Below the pieces are notes generated by a model. The model had not been told where the DNA came from, did not search any database, and worked only from the letters and a program-made list of their open reading frames with translations. This document shows positions 1 to 9,618 of a DNA stretch of 64,000 nucleotides, in pieces; the first letter of the stretch is position 1; the number at the start of each line of letters is the position of its first letter. The stretch covers positions 20,659 to 84,658 of the forward strand of contig NZ_JAWDMQ010000001.1 in the NCBI RefSeq assembly GCF_046536515.1, given 5' to 3'. The position numbers and the translations under genes were made by a program. This stretch comes from Caldisphaera sp. (GTDB lineage: Archaea > Thermoproteota > Thermoprotei_A > Sulfolobales > Acidilobaceae).

Positions 1-102
1 ATTATCATTTATATTAACAATCTTGGCTTACTTTTTGTTTAAAAATAAATATCAGATAAAGATATAAACATAACTATAGACTATTTTCTAGAGGGGAAAT
101 AA

Positions 103-1359
103 ATGGGCAAGGTAGCATTGGTTAATGGCCTTGTTTTTGACTCAACAAGAAAACCTGTTTTTAAAGGAAATATTTTAGTTAATAATGGAAAAATTGAAAA
201 AGTTGGAAAATCAAATGAAATATCGATTCCTGATGATTATAATGTAATTGATTTAAAGGGTAAATTTATTATGCCTGGCTTAATAGATGCTCATCTCCAT
301 TTAACAGGAAGCAGAAGCGGAAAAGTAGAAGAAGACTTAATAACACCAATAGGTGTATTTTTTGCAAGAGCTATTAAAGATTTAGAGTCAATTATTGATG
401 CAGGCTTTACAACTGTTGTAGATGCAGGAAGCATAATAGCCCTCCAGCTGAAAGATGCAATTAATGAAAAAACAATAATGGGACCTAGAATTATTGCAGC
501 AGGTCCGGTTTTATCTCAGACTTTTGGACATGGAGACACGCATTATATGCCAATAGAATACGTTGATTATAGAACAACGAAAAAATTAACTCCTTTTACT
601 TCTTTAATTTGTGATGGATCAGACGAATGTAGAAAAGCAGCTAGATATGCATTTAGAGAAGGGGCAGACTTCATAAAAGTAATGGCTTCTGGAGGAGTAT
701 TATCACAAAGAGATAGACCAGAATATAGACAATTTACTTTGGAAGAACTTAAGGCTATTGTGGATGAAGCTAATGCTGTAGGGAAATGGGTACATGCTCA
801 TGCAGAAGGAAAGATAGGAATAATAAATTCAGCGAAGGCAGGAATAAAAGTAATAGCTCACGGTGATATGATGGATGAAGAAGCGGCAAATGAAGTTTTA
901 AAAGCAGGCAGTGTAGTAATTCCAACATTTGCAATTGATTATGCTTTATTAGAGAAAGGAAGCGAACTGGGTGTACCTGAATGGGGTATGAAAAAAATAA
1001 AAGAATTATATGAGATACATGTTGAAAATGCTAGACTAGCATATAAAATGGGAATTAAGCTAGCTACTGGAACGGACTTTTCTGGTGGGGTAGGAAAACA
1101 TGGAGATAATGCTATGGAATTAAAACTTTTTGTAGAAAAAATTGGTATGAAAAATGAAGAAGCATTAATTTCTTCAACTAAGATTGCTTCGGAAGCAACT
1201 GGGTTAGAAAAATTAATAGGGACAATAGAAGAAGGAAAGATTGCAGACCTAATTGTTATTAATGGAAACCCTCTGGATGATATAAACGTATTACTAAATA
1301 AAAATAACATACAACTTGTTATGAAAGAAGGTGAAATATATAAAAATAAACTTATGTAA
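103..1359 (+). CDS. Metal-dependent amidohydrolase (Xaa-Pro dipeptidase-like subgroup)
   Basis: DAHLH (HxH), KVMASGGV, HAHAEG, IAHG and ATGTDF motifs of the amidohydrolase TIM barrel; N- and C-terminal beta-sandwich segments. Confidence 0.85.
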   Translation: MGKVALVNGLVFDSTRKPVFKGNILVNNGKIEKVGKSNEISIPDDYNVIDLKGKFIMPGLIDAHLHLTGSRSGKVEEDLITPIGVFFARAIKDLESIIDAGFTTVVDAGSIIALQLKDAINEKTIMGPRIIAAGPVLSQTFGHGDTHYMPIEYVDYRTTKKLTPFTSLICDGSDECRKAARYAFREGADFIKVMASGGVLSQRDRPEYRQFTLEELKAIVDEANAVGKWVHAHAEGKIGIINSAKAGIKVIAHGDMMDEEAANEVLKAGSVVIPTFAIDYALLEKGSELGVPEWGMKKIKELYEIHVENARLAYKMGIKLATGTDFSGGVGKHGDNAMELKLFVEKIGMKNEEALISSTKIASEATGLEKLIGTIEEGKIADLIVINGNPLDDINVLLNKNNIQLVMKEGEIYKNKLM

Positions 1360-2245
1360 TCTTGAAAAATTTTAAATTTTTATTATATTTTTAAACATTT
1401 TTAAATTAATAGGAGTTCCTTATATATTTTATAATGTTTTCGTATATACTATACTAACAAAATATTAGCAAAATAAATACATTTAAAAAATAATTTTAGA
1501 TAATTAGTATAATTTAGGTGTGCCTAAAAATGGAAAAATATAAATTATTCTGTATATTAGGATTATGTATTCTATTATTATTTTCTATGCCTTTTGCTTA
1601 CTCTAAATCGGGAACTTCCAAATTTATAATCAATCAAACTACATTTAACCTCACCCCAGGTCAAAAAATAAGCGAAGAGTTCCAGCTAATTTTAAGTAGC
1701 GGAAGTACATGGGGCACAAGCATTGTTGTTTCTCCTTCTATAACTGGAATATCAATAATATTTAATCCAAGTAGTGGCGATCCAACTTTTTCTGGTACAT
1801 TAACCATATCGGTTTCAAACAATACTAAGCCAGGAGAATATATATTTAATGTAAGTGCAACTGGAGACGTTCCAACTACTTCTCCAACAACAATTATAGT
1901 TTATGTAAGTTCTCCAGCAGTTACTACAACAACGACTTCAACAACGACTTCACCTCCTCAAACAACATCATATACCTCTCCTACAACTCAAACCGGAGTT
2001 ACTTCAACAAGTCAAAAACATAATAATTATTTTTCATATGTCATAATTATAATGATATTATTAGCTATTATAATAGGGAGTTCATTATATTATACTAAAG
2101 GATTAAAAGCAAACAAATTTGCTATGACAGGCTTATCTGTAATTAGCGTTATATTATCACTTTATCTAATTGTTGCTGATTCAACATTAAGAAATTTTGC
2201 AGCTATTCATTATTATTTGCTTATTATATATACTATAGTATTGAT

Positions 2246-2546
2246 AAAGCAAACGACAAACCTTCCCCTTCTAGGGGCGAGGTAAAGTTTTTTAAGTTTA
2301 GAAACTTATTAAAAATTGAGACAGTTGCTAAAGGGGTATGCGTCACTGAAACATGAGGTACGCCTCTACCCCAACTAACAAGTGTAATAAAATAGGGTTC
2401 CAAGCCGATCAACTCTTAAGGCATGAGGAGCGGGAGCCGATTTCTCCCGCAATATCGGCTTGGAGGATAATAGAGTAGCACCCGTAAAAGGGGTGTAACC
2501 CTTGAGACCTCAGGAAACTCGCCCTTCAGGGCGGGGAGGAGGTCAG
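2246..2546 (+). mobile_element. Non-autonomous IS200/IS605-family miniature element (no tnpA/tnpB)
   Basis: Inserted 3' of TTGAT (2241-2245) with no target duplication. Left-end hairpin CCCCT-TCT-AGGGG. Right-end hairpin CTCGCCC-TTCA-GGGCGGG followed by GAGGAGG-TCAG. GC-rich against an AT-rich background. Excision restores the host ORF. Confidence 0.85.
2301..2313 (+). promoter_or_regulatory. Putative BRE/TATA promoter inside the mini-element
   Basis: GAAAC-TTATTAAA lies about 20-27 nt upstream of the first GC-rich stem (GGGGTA, 2333). Confidence 0.4.
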
Positions 2547-2562
2547 AGCATTAAATCCAATC
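2333..2562 (+). ncRNA. Putative TnpB omegaRNA/reRNA scaffold plus about 16-nt flank-derived guide
   Basis: Stems GGGGTA/TACCCC (2333-2338/2367-2372), TCCAAGCCGAT/ATCGGCTTGGA (11 bp; 2399-2409/2454-2464), GCGGGAG/CTCCCGC, GCACCC/GGGTGT and the RE hairpin. Position at the IS605 right end matches TnpB guide RNAs. Boundaries inferred. Confidence 0.6.
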
Positions 2563-2876
2563 ATGTATATTACAAAAGAAGAGATTAGTTTTACTTTGTT
2601 TAGCATTATTACGGGTTTATTTTTTATAGGTATGCTTATAGATTCACTTATGGGTATGCCCTTTTCATCTTTAGAAAATGTTGGTAGCGGATTTAGTTTA
2701 AATTATTTTTATGGTTTTGGAATGAATGGATTATCAAATTTTTCAATTTCATTTGTTTTTTCTTCTTTATTAATAGTAACGTTTCTTATATTAATTATTG
2801 GCATAATAAGTGTTGTCAAATCAAAAAATTCCGCTAATGTTTGATCATGAAAAAAGATAAAAATTTAATTATTCAA

Positions 2877-3257
2877 TTAATACGAGCATTTATTTATATT
2901 AATTTTTCTAAATAAATTATTTACAATCTTTTCATTCACTTTTTTCCCATGAGGTCTTAAGCCTCCAGTAAAGCTTGAGGGAATATGCAACAGTTCATGA
3001 ATTATTACCTTTACTTTTTCTTCCTTTGATAAAATATCAAATCTTTCACTTACTACTTCAATCACATAGATAGGCTGTGATTTTAATGCGAATCTAATGG
3101 CTGATGGTATGGAATAAATCCTTGCAAAAGCCCTTGTTTTTGCATTATAGCTCCTAATAATATAAACATATTCAAGTTTAATATAATCTAATTTTAAGTC
3201 ATTTACAATGCATTCCATTAAATTTTCTAAAAATTTATCATTTTTGTATGTTATCAT
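2877..3257 (-). CDS. Small putative metallopeptidase (HExxH)
   Basis: IIHELLHIP zincin motif in a 126-aa protein; probably co-transcribed with the M20 gene. Confidence 0.7.
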   Translation of the reverse strand: MITYKNDKFLENLMECIVNDLKLDYIKLEYVYIIRSYNAKTRAFARIYSIPSAIRFALKSQPIYVIEVVSERFDILSKEEKVKVIIHELLHIPSSFTGGLRPHGKKVNEKIVNNLFRKININKCSY

Positions 3258-3259
3258 TT

Positions 3260-4519
3260 CTATCTTAACCTTAGCATTATATAAGCAAAAACTTTTGAGT
3301 CATTAATTAAATTATCTATAATAGAATATTCATTAGGCTGGTGTGCGACATCATCATGGGTTGACCAAACAACAGCTTCATAATTATACGCTCTCAAAAA
3401 TGATGCAAAAGTTATACCTCCAATGCCTCCAACAATAGCATCTTTATTTCTTAATTCTTTAATAGTTTTTTTAATTTCTAAGACTAATTTATTATCGGTA
3501 CTTGTTGGCTTAGGAGAATCGTTTTTATCTATTATTTCAAGATCTATTATAGGAAATACTTTGTCTTCTATAATTTTTTTGCTTTTTTCTTTTAACTGTT
3601 CAATGGTTTCGTTAATTTCACTTAATACACTATCCAACTTATAATCTGGAATAACTCTACAATCAAAAGTAACTTCATGAAATCCTGGTATAATGTTTGG
3701 TGAAGAAGAGCTTCCTTTTACCATTGTAGGTTCAAAAGTAGACTCAGGAGGATCAAACAAATTATTTGTTTTATTAAACTTTTTGTGAAGTCTATCATCT
3801 ATTTGTTTGGCTAATTCAAGTGAAATCCTATGTGCATTTAAACCTAAATGTGGTGTCGAAGCGTGTACCTGTTTGCCTTTTATTATTAGTCTAAATTGTA
3901 ATATAGATTTTTCAGCTATTTCAATAAAAGTTCCATCTTTATTACCTGCATCTGGCACCAAATAGTAATCGTCTTTATTAAAAAGATAGTTATGGTTTTC
4001 TAACAAGTATTTCATTCCATATTTAGATCCGGCCTCTTCATCGCTTACAAAAGCTAGCTTTATTGTTAATCTTGGACTAACTTTTTTATTCATTAGAGCC
4101 TTTACTGCATATAAAGATGATATAAGTGATTGTCCATTATCTTCAGAGCCCCTAGCATATATTTTGTTGCCTATGATCTTTGGTTCAAAAGGCTTTGTTA
4201 TAGTCCAATCCAGCATATTTCCAGGTGGTACTACATCGATATGGGTAATTATCCAAAGAGCCTTGCTATCTTCGCCTTTATAAGTTGCTATTATGTTTGG
4301 TCTAACTTTATCTTTAGCCCTATTATCAGTAGAATAAAACTTTTCTATTTTATCGAAATTAAATTCGTTGTTTAAAATTTCTATGAGTTTGTTAGCTTTA
4401 TCAATTTCCCCTTCTCCGCCAAAATCGGGACTTATAGCAGGTATTTTTAGAAGATCTATAAAAGATTTAATCGCATCATCCTTTATTTTTTCAACTTCTT
4501 CTAAAACTAAGCTCTCCAT
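3260..4519 (-). CDS. M20 family metallo-hydrolase (DapE/ArgE-like)
   Basis: THIDVVPPG, RGSEDNG, DEEAGS, AEKS and HQPNE motifs. Confidence 0.88.
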   Translation of the reverse strand: MESLVLEEVEKIKDDAIKSFIDLLKIPAISPDFGGEGEIDKANKLIEILNNEFNFDKIEKFYSTDNRAKDKVRPNIIATYKGEDSKALWIITHIDVVPPGNMLDWTITKPFEPKIIGNKIYARGSEDNGQSLISSLYAVKALMNKKVSPRLTIKLAFVSDEEAGSKYGMKYLLENHNYLFNKDDYYLVPDAGNKDGTFIEIAEKSILQFRLIIKGKQVHASTPHLGLNAHRISLELAKQIDDRLHKKFNKTNNLFDPPESTFEPTMVKGSSSSPNIIPGFHEVTFDCRVIPDYKLDSVLSEINETIEQLKEKSKKIIEDKVFPIIDLEIIDKNDSPKPTSTDNKLVLEIKKTIKELRNKDAIVGGIGGITFASFLRAYNYEAVVWSTHDDVAHQPNEYSIIDNLINDSKVFAYIMLRLR

Positions 4520-4606
4520 TTGTATCCCTATTATTTTAAAACCTATAATTAATATAAAAATTTATTCTATGAAAAGATATTAAGTTAAAGTACAATATAA
4601 TTAGAT

Positions 4607-5038
4607 GTGATAAAAATGGTTGAAAAAGAGAAAATTACTTCTGATGAAGTTGATATCGAATATGAAAAAGATAAGGTTACATTAAAAAAATTAACAAGAA
4701 TGACTAAAAAATTAAGTTTTGCTGGTATAGAGACACCAGATATGAAAGATCCTCTAGCAATCCCCCCACTCAGATTGGTTTCTTCAGATAATTTATCTAT
4801 AGAGTTTTCTAGAAGAAGATTTTCTTTACCTTTTTATCATAGGAATATGGATTACGACGAACTAATAATTTGTTTAAAGGGCAAAGCTTTGTGGGAAACT
4901 GAGACAGGAAATTTTGAATTAAATGAAGGAGAAATGTTAATTATACCAAGAGGTATAGCTCATAGACCGATAAATCCTAGCAACGATTATATGGCATTAG
5001 AAATAAAATATAAGAATAAACTCTCTTTCTCAGTATAA
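4607..5038 (+). CDS. Stand-alone cupin resembling the homogentisate 1,2-dioxygenase N-terminal region
   Basis: HRNMDYDELIICLKG...ETETG...GEMLIIPRGIAHR resembles the HmgA RNxDGDEL...ETEFG...IPRG segment; only 143 aa. Confidence 0.65.
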   Translation: MIKMVEKEKITSDEVDIEYEKDKVTLKKLTRMTKKLSFAGIETPDMKDPLAIPPLRLVSSDNLSIEFSRRRFSLPFYHRNMDYDELIICLKGKALWETETGNFELNEGEMLIIPRGIAHRPINPSNDYMALEIKYKNKLSFSV

Positions 5039-5041
5039 GGG

Positions 5042-6544
5042 TTAAATGCTATCTACAAAATAAATTTTTCTAATTTTTTTATAGAATGCAACTTTAGAAT
5101 TTACAAAATTTATTAAATCCTCTTCTTTTATTTTTCCTTTATAATTTTCCTTTAGTACTACTTTGGCTACCGGTAAATCACCAACTTCAGGATCTTTTTC
5201 TCCAAATACATAAACTTCTTTTACAGCTTCATGTTTTAATAGCAAGCTCTCTATATCTTTTGGAAATATAGGATATGCTTTATACTTTAACATCCTTTTT
5301 TTAACTCCCTTAAAGTATAATAGTCCCTTATCATCTGATGAAACTAAATCGCCTGTTTTTAGAAAACCTTTATAAAACGCTTTATTAGTTTCTTCGGGAT
5401 CTTCATATCCCTTCATTATCCAAGGAGCTTTAATTAAAAGCTCTCCAGTTTCTCCTTGCTTCACTTCTTTTTCTGGGTTATTCGGATCAACTATTTTTAT
5501 TTCAACACCATATATTGGTAATCCTAAAGTACCTTTAACTTCATATAATTCCTTCGGCTGATACGTTACTGTCCAAGATTCCGTCATACCATAGAATTGG
5601 ACTAAAGGTGAACCAAATACCTTTACAAACTTTTCCTGCGTTTCTGGCTTTAATGGAGCTCCACCAGAAAGGCCTAGCTTAATAGTATTTCTAAAATCTT
5701 CATTAGATTTTTCTATAGTTTCTATGAGAGAATCAAAAGACATAGGGGCAGCAGACATAAAGTTTATATTTAAATTTTTTATTGAATTTTTTACTAATTC
5801 TGGATCCCATCTTTGAACCATAATTGCCGTTCCGCCATTAAATAATGGAGTTAAAAGGCTTATTTGTAACCCTAATACATGGGTTATTGGGGCTATAACA
5901 AGTGAATTGGGTTTAAAATCAAACGAAATCGTTTTAGATAATGCTTGAACAGCATATGATAAACCCTTATAAGTATGGTAAGTTTGCATAGTCCTTCCTG
6001 CTATGCCTGCATAATACATTATTACTGAAACGTTATCTAAATTTATTATTTTATTCTCATTATTATTAACATTGCTCTTAATAATGTCCTTTAAATAAAA
6101 AACTTTGGGTAATTCGTTATCTTCTTTAACCTGACCATCTAATACTAACACTTCATTTATACCTGAATCCTTAAGAGTTTTTCCCTCCCTTTCAAAAAAT
6201 TGCCAAGATATTAAAGCATATTTTATATTTTTTCCTTCAATTTCTAATTTTAAATCTTCAGAAATTGTTAAAGGATCTACCAATACAGCCATATTTCCGC
6301 TTTTCATTATACCTAATAATCCGATAACTGCATCAATCGTGTTATGGGCTGCAAATAATATTTGAGATTCTCTAAACCCTTTTTCTAATAAAAAACTAGA
6401 TATCTTATCAGATAAGTATTTTAAATTATGGTTTGTAATGCAATGATAATTTTCAAGCTGTATTATGCTACATTTATCATGTTCTTCCTCTGATAATTCA
6501 TCGAAAAATTGAAATATTGGTTTATTAATAAAAAATTGATTCAT
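5042..6544 (-). CDS. AMP-binding (acyl-CoA synthetase-like) protein with degenerate motifs
   Basis: SGGAPL, QFYGMTE and FLKTGDL present. P-loop reads YYAGIAGRTM. Protein ends before the C-terminal PKTxxGK lysine motif. Confidence 0.8.
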   Translation of the reverse strand: MNQFFINKPIFQFFDELSEEEHDKCSIIQLENYHCITNHNLKYLSDKISSFLLEKGFRESQILFAAHNTIDAVIGLLGIMKSGNMAVLVDPLTISEDLKLEIEGKNIKYALISWQFFEREGKTLKDSGINEVLVLDGQVKEDNELPKVFYLKDIIKSNVNNNENKIINLDNVSVIMYYAGIAGRTMQTYHTYKGLSYAVQALSKTISFDFKPNSLVIAPITHVLGLQISLLTPLFNGGTAIMVQRWDPELVKNSIKNLNINFMSAAPMSFDSLIETIEKSNEDFRNTIKLGLSGGAPLKPETQEKFVKVFGSPLVQFYGMTESWTVTYQPKELYEVKGTLGLPIYGVEIKIVDPNNPEKEVKQGETGELLIKAPWIMKGYEDPEETNKAFYKGFLKTGDLVSSDDKGLLYFKGVKKRMLKYKAYPIFPKDIESLLLKHEAVKEVYVFGEKDPEVGDLPVAKVVLKENYKGKIKEEDLINFVNSKVAFYKKIRKIYFVDSI

Positions 6545-6562
6545 AAATTATAAATCACCATT

Positions 6563-8461
6563 TCAGCTACCACTCATCGCTTTTTTAAATTCTTCGTATC
6601 TTTTTCTTAAATCTTCAAAAGCTACTGGATCGTCAAGCGTTGATAAATCTCCTAAAGGCTCGTTTCTAACAGTTGCTCTTAATAATCTTCTCATAATTTT
6701 ACCACTCTTTGTCTTTGGTAACTTGTTAACAAAAACAATGTAATCTATTATAAAGCCAGAGTTCTTTGCATATTCTTTTAATTGATTAGATAACTTTTCA
6801 TCTGGTGTATAACCTTTTCTGGGGACAACAAATAGCAATAATTTTTCTCCTTTTCCTTCAAACGATGGCATGCTTGTTGCTGCAACTTCAGCAACTGCTT
6901 GATGGTTTCCTATTAAGCTTTCAACTTCCATAGTACCTACTCTTTCACCACCTGGTTTCAGAACGTCATCAGCTCTACCTAATACAAACAAATACCCATC
7001 TGAATCCATGTACCCATAGTCTCCAAAGAATACGTAACCTGGGAATCTTGATGTATAGACTTTACTATATCTTTCCAAATTTGGATCATTCCACATTTTT
7101 CCTAATGCTGGAGAATAAGGTTTCAATACTATATAACCTTTTTTACCTGGAGGTAATGGAGTTCCATCATCATCAACTATTACTACTTTACTTAATGGAA
7201 ATTCAATACCTGCAGAACCTGGCTTAAACGGTATTTCTCCTATTCCGTAAGGAGTTGCTGCTGCAGGTGATAAATGCTCTGTAAACCAATAAGCATCACC
7301 TATATATACATCAGGCAATTGTTCTCTAAACCAATTAAAGAATCCTACATTTAAAGTTTCCCCGGTATTGAGAACTATTCTAAGTGATGATGTATCTCCG
7401 GCTTTAACTGATTCTTCTCCTAAGCTCTTTAATGCATAAAGTGAGGTAGTTGATTGCCATACTAAGGATACATTAAACCTCTCTACAATTCTAGACCACA
7501 AATCCGGTTTAGCTCCAATATAGCCTTCAAATAAAACTGAAGTGATTCCGGAAACTGGAGCTGTGTAAAGGTTTGCCATAGGCCATACCGGCCAACCTAA
7601 TGCCGAAACAGTCCACCAAACATCATTAGGTCTCAAATCATATAATCCTCTAAAGGTCCAATTTAATGATAATGGGTATCCTATTTGTGTTTGTGTAATT
7701 CCTTTAGGCTTTCCGGTCGTACCGCTAGTATAGTAAATTGTTCCTACTTCATTAGCTTCTACTGGTTCTGGAGGAACGTAAACTTTACCTTTAGGAGCTA
7801 TATCCTCGTAAACAATATCTCTATTTTGTTTTAATGAAAAGTTTGTAAAACCTCTGCTAACAACTAAAACTTTTTCTATAGGCAAGTTAAATTTATTAGC
7901 AACATTATCAAAGTAGTTCTTGATATTAATTTCTGAACCTGCGTTTATAGTATTACCAAATACAACAGCATATTTTGATCCTGTATCAACAAATCTGGTT
8001 GCAATTATTTCATCAGTTAAACCGACATAATGTATTACAGCTATAGCTCCTAACCTATGAACAGCAAGTCCAAATATAACTGCCTCTGGAGAACTAGCCA
8101 TGAGCATTGATACAGTATCTCCATGTTTTACTCCCATTTCTTTTAAAACATAAGCTGCCCTGTTTACCTCATAATATAAATCTTGATATGTAATGGATTT
8201 TGTATTTCCCTTCTCGTCCATCCAATAAAATATTACTTTGTTTGCTTCATTAGGCAAATGCCTATCAACAGCATTATATGCTAAGTTTGAAATTCCCCCA
8301 ACAAACCACTTTTCAAAAGGTGGTGTTCCTTCCAAAATTTTTACTGGCTCTTTAAACCAAGTCATTAAATTCATTCTGTCGCGCCAAAATTTCTCCGGAT
8401 TTTCTAACCCCTCTTGGTTCATTTTCCTTATTTTTTTATAAGAAAATAACTCCCCTTCCAC
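6563..8461 (-). CDS. Acetyl-CoA synthetase-like AMP-forming ligase
   Basis: YYTSGTTGKPKG, DAYWFTE, GRADDV and LPKTKSGKIMRR. Confidence 0.88.
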   Translation of the reverse strand: MEGELFSYKKIRKMNQEGLENPEKFWRDRMNLMTWFKEPVKILEGTPPFEKWFVGGISNLAYNAVDRHLPNEANKVIFYWMDEKGNTKSITYQDLYYEVNRAAYVLKEMGVKHGDTVSMLMASSPEAVIFGLAVHRLGAIAVIHYVGLTDEIIATRFVDTGSKYAVVFGNTINAGSEINIKNYFDNVANKFNLPIEKVLVVSRGFTNFSLKQNRDIVYEDIAPKGKVYVPPEPVEANEVGTIYYTSGTTGKPKGITQTQIGYPLSLNWTFRGLYDLRPNDVWWTVSALGWPVWPMANLYTAPVSGITSVLFEGYIGAKPDLWSRIVERFNVSLVWQSTTSLYALKSLGEESVKAGDTSSLRIVLNTGETLNVGFFNWFREQLPDVYIGDAYWFTEHLSPAAATPYGIGEIPFKPGSAGIEFPLSKVVIVDDDGTPLPPGKKGYIVLKPYSPALGKMWNDPNLERYSKVYTSRFPGYVFFGDYGYMDSDGYLFVLGRADDVLKPGGERVGTMEVESLIGNHQAVAEVAATSMPSFEGKGEKLLLFVVPRKGYTPDEKLSNQLKEYAKNSGFIIDYIVFVNKLPKTKSGKIMRRLLRATVRNEPLGDLSTLDDPVAFEDLRKRYEEFKKAMSGS

Positions 8462-8608
8462 CTATTTTCACCTTGTACACATTATAGTATTTGATCTTGA
8501 ATATTTAAATTTTCCCACATAGTTCCTACTATACAAATTGCTTATATAGTAGATTTAGAAATTAATAATAATTAAAAAATAAATATAGCATAATAAAAAT
8601 TAAATAAA

Positions 8609-9064
8609 TTAACTTAATTCAAAATATTTTATATCGTTTATAGTTCCTTTTCTTTCATTAGTTGGCCTAAATACAGGCTTTAGCTTTATACCAATTTCTA
8701 GCTTATCTAACGGCACGTTTAATAGGTGTATTAATCCTGTTTCTGCGTTTTTAGGTTTAACTACACCTACTATTCTGGGACTAGATAAATTATTTTTGTA
8801 CATATCTTGGTATACTATTGTATATGAAACTAAGATCCATTCATCATTTATTTCTACTAGTTCTCCTTGAGTGAAATCAGGGCAAAACGTTTTTGGAGGG
8901 ACATATATTTTATCATGGCATTTCATACCAAGTATTTTTCCTTCCTTTAATCCTTTAGCGAATTCTAGTCCATGAATACCTGGTGTATATACATATTTTT
9001 CAACTTCTTGTTCTCCTGGAAATATAACTAAATCCTCCATCCTATTTCTTTTATCATAACTCAT
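8609..9064 (-). CDS. DUF35 OB-fold/Zn-ribbon protein (partial Cys set)
   Basis: GKILGMKC...YVPPKTFCP plus OB-fold; adjacent to thiolase genes. Confidence 0.8.
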   Translation of the reverse strand: MSYDKRNRMEDLVIFPGEQEVEKYVYTPGIHGLEFAKGLKEGKILGMKCHDKIYVPPKTFCPDFTQGELVEINDEWILVSYTIVYQDMYKNNLSSPRIVGVVKPKNAETGLIHLLNVPLDKLEIGIKLKPVFRPTNERKGTINDIKYFELS

Positions 9065-9075
9065 ATCATATCACC

Positions 9076-9615
9076 TCATAATGGCTCAAAACATTCTATA
9101 TCTAATATGCTTCCCGTTCTTTCCTCTTTAGGTTTCCACTTCACTTTAACTTTCATGCCTATGGCTTTTCCGCTTATTACATCTTGAGGATCAACGCATA
9201 TTTTATGGAAAAGTCCTGCAAATTCATATTCTCCATCTCTGTAACCAGGAACATCAAGTTTTATAGTTCCTACAACTTCAGGCTTTTCTATTTTTTCTCT
9301 TTTTGTAGATATATAAGTAATTACAGCTGTGTGAATTTCTCCTGTTTGGGGCACTTCGACCCATTCGTTTGTTGCAACATGGCACCACTCGCAATAAGAC
9401 CTTGGAGGTACAAATATTCTACCGCACTTTGGACATTTCCTTCCTAATATTTTTCCTTCTTTTAATCCCTGTAAGAACTTCGATATTGTTGTTCCAGCTG
9501 CAAAATCATATTTTGCTTGAGGCATATCTTCAACTAGACCTATAAGGGAATACATCTCATTTTCTTTAAGTTTTATTCCAGGTAACTTATTTATCTTAGA
9601 GCTCATATCATACAC
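9076..9615 (-). CDS. DUF35 OB-fold/Zn-ribbon protein
   Basis: CPKCGRIFVPPRSYCEWC four-Cys ribbon plus OB-fold. Confidence 0.85.
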   Translation of the reverse strand: MYDMSSKINKLPGIKLKENEMYSLIGLVEDMPQAKYDFAAGTTISKFLQGLKEGKILGRKCPKCGRIFVPPRSYCEWCHVATNEWVEVPQTGEIHTAVITYISTKREKIEKPEVVGTIKLDVPGYRDGEYEFAGLFHKICVDPQDVISGKAIGMKVKVKWKPKEERTGSILDIECFEPL

Positions 9616-9618
9616 CCC

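Larger units (their letters stand above)
1530..2844 (+). pseudogene. Secreted/multi-pass membrane protein with Thr/Ser-rich linker, split by a 301-bp insertion (ORFs 1518..2285 and 2563..2844)
   Basis: Deleting 2246-2546 joins TTG AT|A GCA TTA AAT CCA ATC ATG, i.e. ...IVLIALNPIMYITKEE..., fusing both ORFs in frame (about 337 aa from ATG 1530). Signal peptide, beta-rich ectodomain, TTTTTSTTTS linker and several TM helices. Confidence 0.85.

Noticed and set aside
2246-2546. IscB-type (5'-guide) omegaRNA or IS607 element
   Set aside because: The structured RNA abuts the TCAG right end, and the TTGAT/hairpin ends fit TnpA(Y1)/TnpB-type elements. No IS607-type end repeats were seen.
2241-2550. 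Mini-element as a BHB-spliced archaeal intron (IStron-like)
   Set aside because: TTGA/TCAG can form a 4-bp helix, but the implied BHB cuts remove 302 nt and give TTG ATA CAT TAA (stop). The frame-restoring junctions do not form a BHB, and no group I core is visible.
5030-5044. Stop-codon readthrough or frameshift restoring the ligase C-terminus
   Set aside because: Sequence past the TAA gives no PKTxxGK in any nearby frame and runs into the convergent cupin gene.
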